This document shows, one piece after another, positions 14,088 to 27,700 of a DNA stretch of 64,000 nucleotides. Positions within the stretch are counted from its first letter, which is position 1. Each line of letters begins with the position of its first letter. This stretch comes from Macrostomum hystrix (taxonomy: Eukaryota > Animalia > Platyhelminthes), in assembly GCA_950097015.1 (NCBI GenBank), contig CATNEN010000038.1:20212001-20276000 (forward strand). The letters run 5' to 3'. The notes under the pieces were generated by a model. It was not told the DNA's origin. It worked only from the letters and a program-made list of their open reading frames with translations, and made no database searches. A program made the position numbers and the translations under genes.

Positions 14088-14493
14088 CCCGCTAAAAATT
14101 GGGATGTTTCTTTGGGTGATTCCAGTTGGAATCTGCGGTGTTTCCAGAAAAAGAAACAGCCGAACGCTGGAAACAGACCAATCGGATGACCAATCGAATC
14201 TACCCAACTGGGCGTTTTCTCTGTGCTTCTTGGTGGCGAAATGGAATCAACCAAAGAATCCTCCAGTTCGGAAGATTCCATGCTCAGAAACCGCCGAGGA
14301 ATCGCCCGTAAATAATTCTCTGGTTGTCCCATGGGCCACTGGTTCGGGTGATTCTTCGGCGGTTTCCGCACAATTTACGGTTACATCGGCTGCTTCCTGG
14401 GTGGTTTCTTTAACTCTTGCGAGATAGGGGGATTTTGGTAGATTCCACTCCTAGATTCTACCCGCCGAAGAAGCAGCCGAAGTTTTTACAGGG
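14088..14493. mobile_element. Degenerate non-autonomous CCC...GGG TIR element
   Basis: Imperfect TIRs cccgctaaaaattgggatgtttctt / aagaagcagccgaagtttttacaggg around a higher-GC island. No clear TSD. Confidence 0.5.
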
Positions 14494-14909
14494 ATAGTGT
14501 TTTACATTTGCTTTAGATTTATTTTTGTCGTTTTAAGTACTAATTACAATTGCTAATGAAACGGGTCTTGTAAAGATACGAAAAATAATACTGTCAAATT
14601 ACTTGATTAAAAATTCAGAGTTGTTGCACTCACTTTTCATTTTATTCCTGTGGGTTTGAGTTCTTTTAAATATGCTTCACTTTGCTATTCTAGCCATTCT
14701 TTCATTGAATAAACCAGCTTGAATCGATTCTTTTTATGTTCTACTTCTTTTAAACAAAGCAAATGTATATCAATAGTTTATGATTATATCTAATAAATGT
14801 AAGTTCATATGATTATTGTATAGTTACTGTGTAATTTCACTTCTACCTAACTGTATTAGCAAAGTTTTTTATTCATGTAGGCCTAGCACGTCCAAAAACA
14901 ATTGGTTTC

Positions 14910-15570
14910 AAACTTCTCAAATCCCATCAGGTTGATCCCAGCCTTCTCAAATCCCATCAGGTTGATCCCAGCCTTCTCAAATCCCATCAGGTTGATCCCA
15001 GCCTTCTCAAATCCCATCAGGTTGATCCCAGCCTTCTCAAATCCCATCAGGTTGATCCCAGCCTTCTCAAATCCCATCAGGTTTGATCCCAGCCTTCTCA
15101 AATCCCATCAGGTTGATCCCAGCCTTCTCAAATCCCATCAGGTTTGATCCCAGCCTTCTCAAATCCCATCAGGTTGATCCCAGCCTTCTTAAATCCCATC
15201 AGGTTGATCCCAGCCTTCTCAAATCCCATCAGGTTTGATCCCAGCCTTCTCAAATCCCATCAGGTTGATCCCAGCCTTCTCAAATCCCATCAGGTTGATC
15301 CCAGCCTTCTCAAATCCCATCAGGTTGATCCCAGCCTTCTCAAATCCCATCAGGTTGATCCCAGCCTTCTCAAATCCCATCAGGTTGATCCCAGCATTCT
15401 CAAATCCCATCCAAGTTGATCCCAGCCTTCTCAAATCTCAACCAAGTTGATCCCAGCCTTCTCAAATCCCATCCAAGTTGATCCCAGCCTTCTCAAATCC
15501 CATCCAAGTTGATCCCAGCATTCTCGAATCCCATCAGGTTCAATCTCAGCCTTCTCAAATCTGCTCAAAT
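14910..15570 (+). repeat. 30-bp minisatellite
   Basis: Unit gttgatcccagccttctcaaatcccatcag. Confidence 0.96.
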
Positions 15571-15717
15571 TTAGGATTTGTTCACAATCTTTCTAGATGT
15601 TTTCGCGTTAGTCGTAATCTAACCTCCAGATGCATACATTTTTTATTGAACATTATAAGTTAATAAATAACACTAGCTTTCAGCTGTCAACAGATTTTAG
15701 CTAGCTCCTCCGCAAAA

Positions 15718-18700
15718 ATGCTGCAACCATTCCCTGACGTCGAATTCACTGAAGCCTGTCAACAGCTGGAAGTTGAGAACACCGAGGGTTTTGAATTCTT
15801 TACAGAGAGTCACGATGTGCGCATATTTCGCCAGTACAATGAAACCTCGGGTCTCTACAAGTACAAAATCTACGGCTTCCTGCGTGGCGCTGCGCCCGAG
15901 CTTTGCGCCCAGGTTTGCACTTTTAATCTAGCTGTTATCGCTTTTAAATTTTTTTATTATTTAAAAAATATCAAACATGTCTCCTTCCTATTTATAATCC
16001 TTGATCGTGAGATCATATTCTCATTCCTGATCCTCAGCACTGTCAGTATCACATATCCTCAGTTTCAGAAAGTCTATCTATCTATCTAAAATCCTATATC
16101 CTCAGTTTCAGACAGTCATTATCCCATATCCTCAGTTCCAGACAATCATTATCCCATATCCTCAGTTCCAGACAGTCATTATCCCATATCCTCAGTTCCA
16201 GACAGTCATTATCCCATATCCTCAGTTCCAGACAATCATTATCCCATATCCTCAGTTCCAGACAGTCATTATCCCATATCCTCAGTTTCAGACAGCCATT
16301 ATCCCATATCCTCAGTTCTAGACAGTCATTATCCCATATCCTCAGTTCCAGACAATCATTATCCCATATCCTCAGTTCTAGACAGTCATTATCCCATATC
16401 CTCAGTTCCAGACAGTCATTATCCCATATCCTCAGTTCCAGACAATCATTATCCCATACCCTCAGTTCCAGACAGTCATTATCCCATATCCTCAGTTTCA
16501 GACAGCCATTATCCCATATCCTCAGTTCTAGACAGTCATTATCCCATATCCTCAGTTCTAGACAGTCATTATCCCGTATACTCAGTTACAGACAGTCATT
16601 ATCCCATATCCTCAGTTCCAGACAATCATTATCCCATATCCTCAGTTCTAGACAGTCATTATCCCATATCCTCAGTTCCAGACAGTCATTATCCCATATC
16701 CTCAGTTCCAGACAATCATTATCCCATATCCTCAGTTCCAGACAGTCATTATCCCATATCCTCAGTTTCAGACAGCCATTATCCCATATCCTCAGTTCCA
16801 GACAATCATTATCCCATATCCTCAGTTACAGACAATCATTATCCCATATCCTCAGTTTCAGACAGTCATTATCCCATATCCTCAGTTTCAGACAGCCATT
16901 ATCCCATATCCTCAGTTTCAGACAGTCATTATCCCATATCCTCAGTTTCAGACAGTCATTATCCCATATCCTCAGTTTCAGACAGCCATTATCCCATATC
17001 CTCAGTTTCAGACAGTCATTATCCCATATCCTCAGTTTCAGACAACCATTATCCCATATCCTCAGTTTCAGACAGTCATTATCCCATATCCTCAGTTTCA
17101 GACAGCCATTATCCCATATCCTCAGTTCTAGACAGTCATTATCCCATATCCTCAGTTTCAGACAGTCATTATCCCATATCCTCAGTTCCCGTCAAAAAAT
17201 TCGCCCGGAAACTTGGCCCGGAAATTTTTGTCTTCACCCGGAAATTTTTCCTATTCTGTAATGTCTTGTGATCCGGTAAATTGGCTCGAAAAAGTGACGA
17301 AAGTTTACAATGAACTCCGGATTTCGTTCGTGATCCGGCCGTTCATACTTTTTTCGTTCCGAAACTGGTAGCCGGATCGTTCCGGGACGAAACACCGGAT
17401 CGGAGAACACAGATTACCGGAAGTTTGACCCGAAAAGTACTGAATGCTCTGGGCTGTCTATCCGGATCAGTTTCCGGGCGAAGAGTACGGATTGGTGTCC
17501 AATCCGGGTCAGTTTTCGGGCGAAGAGTACGGATTGGTGTCCAATCCGGGTCAGTTTCCGTGCGAAGAGTACGGATTGGTGTCCAATCCGGGTCAGTTTC
17601 CGTGCGAAGAGTACGGATTGGTGTCCAATCCGGGTCAGTTTCCGTGCGAAGAGTACGGATTGGTGTCCAATCCGGGTCAGTTTCCGGGCGAAGAGTGCGG
17701 ATTGGTGTCCAATCCGGGTCAGTTTCCGTGCGAAGAGTACGGATTGGTGTCCAATCCGGGTCAGTTTCCGGGCGAAGAGTGCGGATTGGTGTCCAATCCG
17801 GGTCAGTTTTCGGGCGAAGAGTACGGATTGGTGTCCAATCCGGGTCAGTTTTCGGGCGAAGAGTACGGATTGGTGTCCAATCCGGGTCAGTTTTCGTGCA
17901 AAGAGTACGGGTTGGTGTCCAATCCGGGTAACCGAATAAAAGGAAAGAAATTATAAAATTGTGTTAGACTTTTCACAGAAATGTTTTCATAATCAAACCA
18001 GAAGTTTTAAGCAAATTAGGATTGACTTCAAGTCGTTTACTACTTGTAGTAAGGTGAATAAAAATACTGTAAATTAGAATTAGGCTGAATTGGAAAAATA
18101 AAAGACTAAGGAAATACGAACTGGCGAATAATGGCAGCTAGGACAGTTCGACAAAATGGGAATAGCATTGGGTCTGGCACGCATGCACACACTCTGAATT
18201 GAGCAAAGATACATTTGTAATTAGTTGACGGCTAGCATTTAGAAAAAACAGCTGAAAAATTGGGACTAAAATGGGGATTAGATTTGTAAAATAAATCTCG
18301 CAATGGAAAAAATACGAACAGTCGGTTTCAAAAATATTAATGCCACTACTAGGTAAGTAGGTTACTGTTATTGTTATTGTTACTGTTATTGTAATTATAA
18401 CTTGTTGTTATTATATTATATTGTTATTATTGTTATTATATTATTATTGTTATTGTTGTTGTTGTTATTGTTAAAAACAATGGGATCGGTTTTCTATCGG
18501 GGATCGGGGTCGGCAATTTGTAAAGTTTATCTCGCTGAAGAATTTTACAGAAACGAAGAGGCAGCTCAAGTAAAAAAACGCACTGGAACCAAGAAAATAA
18601 AAGTTTAAAAAGTTAGAAAATAAACACGGCAGTGCCTAGTACTCTCAGAGTGTGCTCAAGAGTATAACTAATTGGAAAATGACACTGCTAAAAGAATTCG

Positions 18701-21700
18701 CACATGTAGTACAGTACGCACACGGACAAAATTAAATTCGATTTCCTCACGGGAAAATGGAAATAAAATAAAATAATGCTGCCAGAGTCCACACAATCTG
18801 GAAAAAGAGCAACGGTGAGACCGTGCGACGGTATACCTGTCACGCAAGCGAGATCGCACGATGAGGGATCTGGCAACGTCTGTGAGCGACGCACTGGTCC
18901 GGCATGTGGAGGGCGAATCGGAGCCCGCCCCACGGGTGGTGTCAAGTGCGACTAGCAACGTGAGCAACAGAGCCGTCAGCGTTACGGGCCGCAACTACGC
19001 TGCGGTATTTGGTGACTGCAGTTTCACCAACTGCACTTTCACGATCGGACCGCCCCAGGAGCCCCACTGAGCATCTGCATCTGTATTTTGACAATGGACA
19101 GAGGGAGTGCAGCACATGCTGCTGTCAGTTGCGTTACTGTTTCAATTGCGCTAATTGTTTCAAATCGTTTCAATTCGTTTTTGCCTAAAATAAAGTCAAA
19201 AAGGCCAATCTGTTTGGCGTGGCCTGGCGTGGCCATAGACATCCGTCTACCGTTGAACAATCATGATTCATTAATTAATCCATTAATTAATTCATTATTA
19301 ATTGTCCGCATCTAAATCAGTTGGCAAATTCTCGCCTTCTTCTAGCAAATTGCCGCCGGCGTCGATTAAGGCGGGACCAGCATCGCCTTGGATGGGTGGG
19401 GCAATTTCTTCTTGCGCAACGCGCTTCCTCTTGCTCCTCCCTCCGCGAGTAGGTCCGACGGCGGCGTCTACGCTAGCGCGTCGGTCGGCATTTCCCGCTT
19501 GATCCGGCTGTTGAGCCATTGCGAAGCGTCGGGCCTTTACTAGAGCCACCTTGCGTTCGCGGACTTCGGCTGGCCGGTCCTGGAAAAGGGCGTTTTCCCG
19601 GCAGCGTCCAAAGGCGTGCTGAACCTCGGGTAATGTGACTGGCATGCCACTGTTGTTGCAGTAGACCCGCACGAGCCCGAGTTTGGCGCTGTTAGCCGCG
19701 CGAACAACTGCGGCTGTTTCGTTGGATGCCCGGCGACCGCTTGCGGTGGACGTCCGAAATTCATCTGCCGTAAATACGGCGCGCAATACAGTTCGGATTA
19801 AGCTACTTTTGGCCGCCTCCGCTGCTTTCTTAGCCTGCGCGTTATTTGAATTAGAAAGGTCGTCCTTCATTTCTAGAGCTCTCTTTAGTGCTCTTTCTAC
19901 GGCCAGACGGTCCTCAACAGACACGAGCAAATTCTTGAGAGACGCAATGCCGTCAGTAAGAGGTACACCCGATCGAGGTACATTCCGGCTCTCCTGCACA
20001 GTGGTGTCTTGAGACACGAGGACGGCCTCCACTCTGCCTTGAAGCTCCTCCGACTGCCTAGAGCTTAGAGGTTGGCGAATGTAGTATGCCGTGTGCTTTT
20101 TTGAAGGCGGCATGCCGGTCCTTTGTAGCTGTTCAGCCGGCTCATTCTCTCCACCGGTAGCCTCTGCACAGTCGATTTCGACGGCATCAGGATCGACAGA
20201 GGCGCCGAACATTCGGCAAATTTCATGCCCGAAAGCCGTTGTCTGCACCTGCCGCTTTATCATACGACGAACGAGATGAACGGTGGTATTTTTTATTTCC
20301 GCAAATTCGGAGCCACCTCTTTCTCGATGTGCTAGCTCGGCCAGTTCATTCTCGGCGTTCAAGGCGCGCTGCTCAGCTTGCGAAGCGCGACGTTGGAGCT
20401 GCGAGTTCAACGTTCGAAGCTCGTTCATCTCTTGACCTGTGTGTCGGGAGAATAAAGTGTGATTGCAGTGCAAAGTTCATAAGCAAGGAAGATAATGCTA
20501 TCTACGAGATATATTTTAATGAGAACAGAACAGAGTATAGTAAACGAACAGGCAAATTTGCAACCTACGAAGTGCGTCGTGAGTCTCCGTTTGCGCCCGA
20601 ATTTGTTGCAACATGTTGTCGCAGGACGGGCACCTCAACGCCTGTGGAGTCTCCGGTGGTATCTGCGCCAAAGCAGCCCCCGATTTGGCTTCTGCTCTAC
20701 TTGCGTATGGGCCTTTCCAAATGATGGCGGTGTACCGCGCACCACCTGCCTTATTTTTGGCGGTGACGACCAAAACTTGCGAGTTCCGCTTAACATCAGA
20801 GTCGCGAACATGGAGCGCGACGATGTCGCTACCAGATATGGCTCCGTATAGAACGGTGCCTTCTGTATTGGGCTGATATTGGATGCACCAGAACTGGTTA
20901 GCATGCTCGTTGGAGTCGATGGCCCTGTAGTCAGGAGGCAGTGCCTCTGTCACCTGCTTATTTTTACCGCCTTTCTTTGGCTTCGTGGACTTTGCAGCCA
21001 TACAGTTGGACGTCGGGTCTGGAAAAAGAGTGTGTAAATCGACATGTCGATTTATATGTACATTATCTGTACATTAAATGCATTTCTCTGTACATACGTA
21101 GCATGCTCGTGTGCGTAATAAATATGTGCATGCATTTTATACATATGTGCATTTATTGCATAGGAAACGAATTGGCTAGAATTCTAGGTCTAAGTATAGG
21201 CAATATAGGCCGTGCAAATAACTTCATCCTGACGTACGCGTGCGGCTTCACTTTGAAATATATATTCATTTGCTTAGTGTAATTCACGTCGATAACAGGT
21301 CAAGTCATGCATGGTATTATGATTATTACAGAATTGGATTAGAACATGATTACAATATATAGGTTACAGGTGATGCAGAGAAATAATTGGTTATACGATG
21401 GAGGGTCATCGCAAGCCTATATCAGTGCTAGGGGAAAGTACTTTGAGCAGTTGTAATGGTATTTTATATATTTTTACCTCTTGTGTTGGACTGCTTGGCG
21501 ATTGATTCGGCTCTTTCTGTACAGAAATTTGAATAAAATGGAATTTGTTATATAACATTTATACCATATATGTTATATTTTGTATATATGTTGTCGTTTT
21601 CTTGTTCCGGTTAGGGATTTTCTGAGGGATCCTGGTATATACCAGGGTATGTCTAGATAAGACAAGAACAGCTGCTGAACAGCGAGTCACACACGGCGGT

Positions 21701-24700
21701 ATTTAGTGGGCGGAAAAGTGGGTGATTTTTCGCGTGGCCAATCAGCAGTCACCTGGCTGCTAGGCGCCAACGGCAGCAACGGATTGCATGCTTCATCCGC
21801 GTCCACTCGTTTTTTTGGCGTTAGTTGTAGTCCCTGGGTAGCCCATGTGCAGTCTTCGTCAAAGTAAGGGTCGCCTGCAGAGAGCCAGCCTTCGGCTCGC
21901 ATAGCGCGGCTCAAAGGTTCTGCCTTCCGCACGCGGAAGCCGGGATCACCCACTTTGCACCACGGGCGCCGAACAACCTGCACGTACTGCCGTTTAGGAT
22001 ACCCAGAGGTCCTCATTTCTGATACCTCGGTAGTGAGCGTCGCCGCATTGGACGTAAACGTCTGGTTTAGCGGCAGTGCCGCACCGATGTCCTCACGAAG
22101 TCGGGCATTTTCCGCTAGCAGCACCTTCAGGTAGCGTGTGGCCCACTCCAATTGATCCTTGAAGGAATCGTCCCTGACTGCGTACGGCGCCGGGTCCCGG
22201 CCAGTGTCATTGGGTAGTGGCCAGGAAACTTGTAATTGCTTATCTGCACCGTTCGACTGGCGTTGGCGTTGCAAACGCCGCAGCCCAGTATTGTCTCGCA
22301 AAATCGCATTAATTTTACGAACAGTACCGGTCAGTTCATGGGACATTTTAGCGAGCGTGCTTGCGTTGACTGGAATGAGCGTGAATCTAAAGTGCTGCTT
22401 TAGGCCGGCTTGTTAACAACTAGGCTACACAGGCTATACTATTTTCCAAAACCCGACGGATTTGCACGTCTTAGCTATTTTCCCTTACTACCGTGATTGC
22501 TACTTAGTGTTGAGGCCGGAATTCAAATCTGGTCAGCTCTACCAACGTCTTAGATATTTTCAGCCGATTTAGGGTGCTACGCTACCCAGATACAACAATC
22601 AAAGCGATAACTGGAACGAACAGTTAGGGAAAATAATCAATAGAATTACTGAAGACAGGTACAGATAGAAAGAAGGTTTGTCATGACCAATTACATAGAG
22701 AAATGAAATAATTTGTATTATAATACAAATTTGTATTATAATTGTCTTTATAAAGACATGTTATACAGCGCGACATAGAAAGTAAAATACATGCATCAAT
22801 ACACGGCAACAGGCAGTGGCCGACTGCGGACAGGCTGGCATCCGGCGAAGCGGCGTTAATGTGGCGACTGCGAACATGTCAAAAACTTGCTAAGATAAAC
22901 TTGTTATAAATTACGACAGCCTTACAGTACGAGCCCAGAGTAAATGTAATACATCAGCAATGAATTCAGTTCGCCATAAAAAAAGAATTTATGTAATTCG
23001 ATCGGGAAAGTTACCAATTAAGCGTGTGCGTCAGCTCATACCCAGTTGAGGGTGCGGCAGCAGCGCAATATGCGTCTCGGACACGGCACAACATCCGACG
23101 ATTTCGTCCACAGGCACGAGGCTAACTGGCCGGTCATCAGTATCGTCAAATGGGTCACAAAGGAGCCGCCGTACATGAGAAAAGCGACACCCACGTATGT
23201 CCGACTCAAAGAGAACGCCTGACATGGCGTGCAGAGGTTCTATTTCTAAGTTCTGCACAGGCAATCTGAGCAGAGTAGCAACTAGAACTGGCGTCTCGTC
23301 CGCAATCTGATTGGCTGACTCAACGATGTGCCGTACACGGTGAAAATGGAAGGTGCCGTCCTGACTACTCCACGTCCCAACGAAGCAGGATACGCGGCGA
23401 CGGCGGCGCATGTCAGCTTTGAATACCTCAATAAAGAGACCACTGTCGCAAAGCACTGACGTCCAAGATCCTGCTGGAGTTCCTAGACTCCTCTTTGCAA
23501 CAGCGCATCCAAATCGTCGCATAAAGTCACCTCCGTCATTGTGGTGAGGTCGGTAAGTAGCTCCACCTACCAGTCCTTGCGACGCTGCCACCATACGTTC
23601 CACGATGTTCACCAGTTCGACGTCCAGCAGGCGCGTCCCTTTGAGTCTCATTTTTAGCCTATAATGCATTGATTCAAACAGGCCGGAGGACTGTCTTTGC
23701 AACGGTCCGGCCAGGTAGGCATAGTCAACCATGTGTGAGCATACATGATGAGCATTGTATGACTGATGTCGAACAGAGAAGAGAGTTTCCAGTGCCACGT
23801 AGACATACTTAAGCGTTGTTCGAACATGCAGAAGCTCACTTTTGGGTCCCCCTTCTAGGGTCAACCAGAAGAGAGCAGATGAGACGACTTGAAAGAATAG
23901 GTAATGATCGCGATGCGACTCAGCCAGGAAGTCCTCGAGGCACATAGGTAAGTAGGCGACGATCCAGAACTCGAATTCGTGGCCGCGAAACTGTTTCACT
24001 TCTCGCAGCTTCCGTGGTACGCGATTCGCGCTTCTAGGAATCTTTATTTTGGCTACTTGTTGGTCCACATTGGCAATCCGAGCATGCAAGTCAGGGCATG
24101 TGCTATTTGGGTCGGGTTTCTCCCTTCGGACGAGGAATAGCTGATGGAGCAAGGCGCGGCATAAACCTGAACATGCTTGGTGCAGATAGCAAGGTGGACT
24201 TGCCTGAATGTAGTCGAAACCAACAAGTCTGGTCAGAGGAGATAGTCGAACAACACCGAGTATGCACTTAATCTGCCGCGTCGGAGTATGCAGTTCTGGC
24301 TGCTGCAAAGCCAAACGGCCCGTATCCGCTAATGTTCTAAGAGTTGGCTCAACGCAACCCTTTGCCCTGGCTGCATTCAACATAGCAGGAGTGATAGCGG
24401 CGGGAAAGAAGCGCCCGTATCCGCCGGGCTGTTGGCGAGTCTGTATATAACACTTATCGCAGCCGTATACGGCGTTAAAGCGCTTCAGCCCTAACGCATC
24501 GGCGCGTGCGGGAGCATCGAAAATTGTTAGAAGAGGATGCAGTCGCAGTCGGACGGTTTCACCGGCTGTATTGAAAATATCCATTCCAGATACGCGGAGT
24601 GTGTTCAGCTGTTCAATGACGATTGGCAAGAACGAAGCCGGATGAACTTTTGCCTTGCCAGCCCAAAGGCCACACAAAATGACAAACTTCCACTGCTGTC

Positions 24701-27700
24701 GTGGCACAATCTCGGTGATACTCATGTATACCGGACACACCTCAGTGCAGCTCGTCGTGTGAACTGAGAAGCCGTCACTACAAAGTGTGTACGATAGATC
24801 AGCTCGACGTTCTACAGCAATGCTGTGCAAGAAGCGCTGGTACAACATGCTCGTGCCGTAGTAATTCTTCTGTTCATCCAACGACGACACCAACTCAGGC
24901 CAAAATACGGCCTCAAGCAGCCCGGCTTCAATGTGCTTGGCAATCTGCTTAGCTATGTCAAACTGCCAGAAGTGGGCAAGGCACTCTGTCGTCCCACAGT
25001 GAATGCACAAGACATTCCGACCCGGATAGGTACGTAGACATTGAGTACAGACTGAATGGCACATTGTCGAACCGACGACTGATTTATCCTCTAATTCGGC
25101 CGCAAGTTTCGAAAACACGTAATCCGAAGAAGGAAGTGAACAGCCGGGCATCAGTTGCTGCAGTGCGGTGAGAACAGTCTGTCGCTTTGGTGTGGCTAAA
25201 TTTGTCTGCAGGAAAAGCGTCCGCAGAATCTGGACGGCACGTCTCAATGAGACAGCTGGTCCATCAAAAATTGGCGAGTCGATGATGGCGGGTCCTGTGT
25301 AGACATGTGGACGACGTGCAGGAACGCAGGAAGGATCGTCTTCGGACTGCGAATCGCAGCCGCCTGCGGCACTCTCTCGAGGCTGCTCGCTGCCGCCTGC
25401 GTCACTCCATGTAGACTGCTCGTTGTCGCCTGTGTCACTCTCTCGAGGCTGCTCGCTGCCGCCTGCGTCACTCCATGTAGACTGCTCGTTGTCGCCTGTG
25501 TCACTCTCTCGAGGCTGCTCGTTGCTGCCTGCGGCATTGTTACGTTTCTCGAGAAACGCGAGATCTCGCAGTCGCTGCATCCTCTCAGCGCCAGTTAACG
25601 GACGGTTTTTACTCATGCTTTTATCGGTTTCATTGGCGTTAGCGGACCTGTAGCGCCTCATGTACTCGCGCATGTAGTCACGCCTCTTTTCAACATTCGG
25701 CATGATCACTGCTGATGCAGAAGCTGTGGTGGCTGGCATCGCCGACGTTAATTGATGCGACATTTTGGAAATTGACGACTGAAACGTTAATAGCATTTAT
25801 CGTTATTTTCAATAAACTTCAACTATGTGCCTGAGCTGTTCAAACTGATTGCCATCTGTACTCTTTTTTGATACGCCATTATGGATTTGTGCTAAACTAT
25901 TGGGGCGTAAAACTAAAAGCGGTTTAGTAAAGTGTCTACTTTTCGTCTCACCAACTTGGTACCCCATCTAGAGTTTCACTACGGACTGTAGCACATCTGC
26001 TCGTCTACTCGCTCTGTCGTCTCAAACCCAAATGTTTTAACTGTCCGTCGTGCTGCCACAAGATAATTTCTTCTCGATTTAACTTACTGCTACACTTGCT
26101 ACTAATACACTTGCTAAACAACAAAGACTAGTCCTACAGCAGTAGTAACCAAACTAGCAATGCCATCATGAACTGGTAAGAGAATTAAAGCATAAAGACT
26201 GTCGAACATCTTGACCAAAGAATTCGTTTCATTTACACTTATGAATACATCAGCTATGTGGGAACAAAAAACAGCAGAATGTACGCGACTAGACGAGTAC
26301 AAAGATTCATAATTCCAAGATTAATTTCGACATGACGCACATGCCTTTCACTGCCTATCGTAGGTCAGCGTAGCGGCTGCCTTTAGCCTCAACAGTTGCG
26401 AGGATTGATTACCCCTCGTAGGTCAGCTGCGTAGCGGCTGCCTTTAGCCTCAACAGTTGCGAGGATTGATTGCCCCTCGTAGGTCAGCTGTTTAGTAGCT
26501 GCCTTTAGCTCAACAGGTGTGACTCGATCTCATTGCCTCCTTTTGAGTAGCTGTCTTTACTCCCATCAGAATGTCAGTGCCATCAGCGCAACTGCACACG
26601 CTTTAGACAACCCAAAGGAGCATGCACCAGCAGAGCTGGATTAGCGTTGGTCTTAAATAGAGTAGGTTACTTTAGTCACTGGGCCAGTTAGAGCTGAATG
26701 GAACTATGCCGCAGACTCCGTCTAGACACCCAGCTGTGCCGAACGCAATAAGTGTGGCGGTGAATGACAGGTCGGAATAAACTTGACACTATCAGTTCAC
26801 TGCGCGCGCAAGGCACACTAAGCAACCGCGACGAACTACACGCCAATGGGAGTCCAACCTCTCGCACGCAATAGATTTGCAACAGTTCGTTCGAGAACAA
26901 AGCTGTCACCTGTGCGGAGGGTGGGCGCAGCCTCACATTACGAGCGCTACAGTGTTTGCTGATACATAGCACTATGCCTCACGTAGGTCAGCGTAGCGGC
27001 TGCCTTTAGCCTCAACAGTTGCGAGGATTGATTGCCCCTCGTAGGTCAGCTGCGTAGCGGCTGCCTTTAGCCTCAACAGTTGCGAGGATTGATTGCCCCT
27101 CGTAGGTCAGCTGCGTAGCGGCTGCCTTTAGCCTCAACAGTTGCGAGGATTGATTGCCCCTCGTAGGTCAGCTGCGTAGCGGCTGCCTTTAGCCTCAACA
27201 GGTGCGAGGCTGTATTGCCCCTCGCTGATGTATACTCTGTGAGTACTTTATTCCTCAACAGGGCAGGCCTTATTTCCTCTCACCTCAATGAAGCATAGTC
27301 ACTTACAAATTGAAAACTCCCGATCAAAATATGCCTCTGCGTCAAGGAATCCACTTCGCCCAAAAATATTGAATAATCCAGGCGAAATCGTCCGGAACAG
27401 TGCTAGTTTCCGTGTCCTGTTCACCCGGATCAGAGATGGTTTCCATGTGAAGGCCCGGATCATCGCCCGGATCAGGTTTTCCCGGAAATAGGTGTTAATC
27501 TGGGTGAGAAAGACAAGATCTGGGTGCATTTCCCGGAAACTGTGACCCCGGATCAGTGGTGGTTTCCGTGTGAAGTCCCAGATCAATGCCCGGATCAGGT
27601 TTGCCCGGAAGTAGGTGTTAATCTGGGTGAGAAAGACAAGATCTGGGTGCATTTCCCGGAAACTGTGACCCCGGATCAGTGGTGGTTTCCGTGTGAAGCC

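Noticed and set aside
17425-17956. 168- and 170-aa ORFs, and those at 27299-28219
   Set aside because: Translations of subterminal repeats.
19302-25653. Plus-strand ORFs overlapping the transposon genes
   Set aside because: Antisense shadows of GC-rich coding sequence with no motifs.
26359-27225. Hammerhead ribozyme or guide-RNA array
   Set aside because: No CUGANGA...GAAA core in the unit on either strand and no variable spacers.
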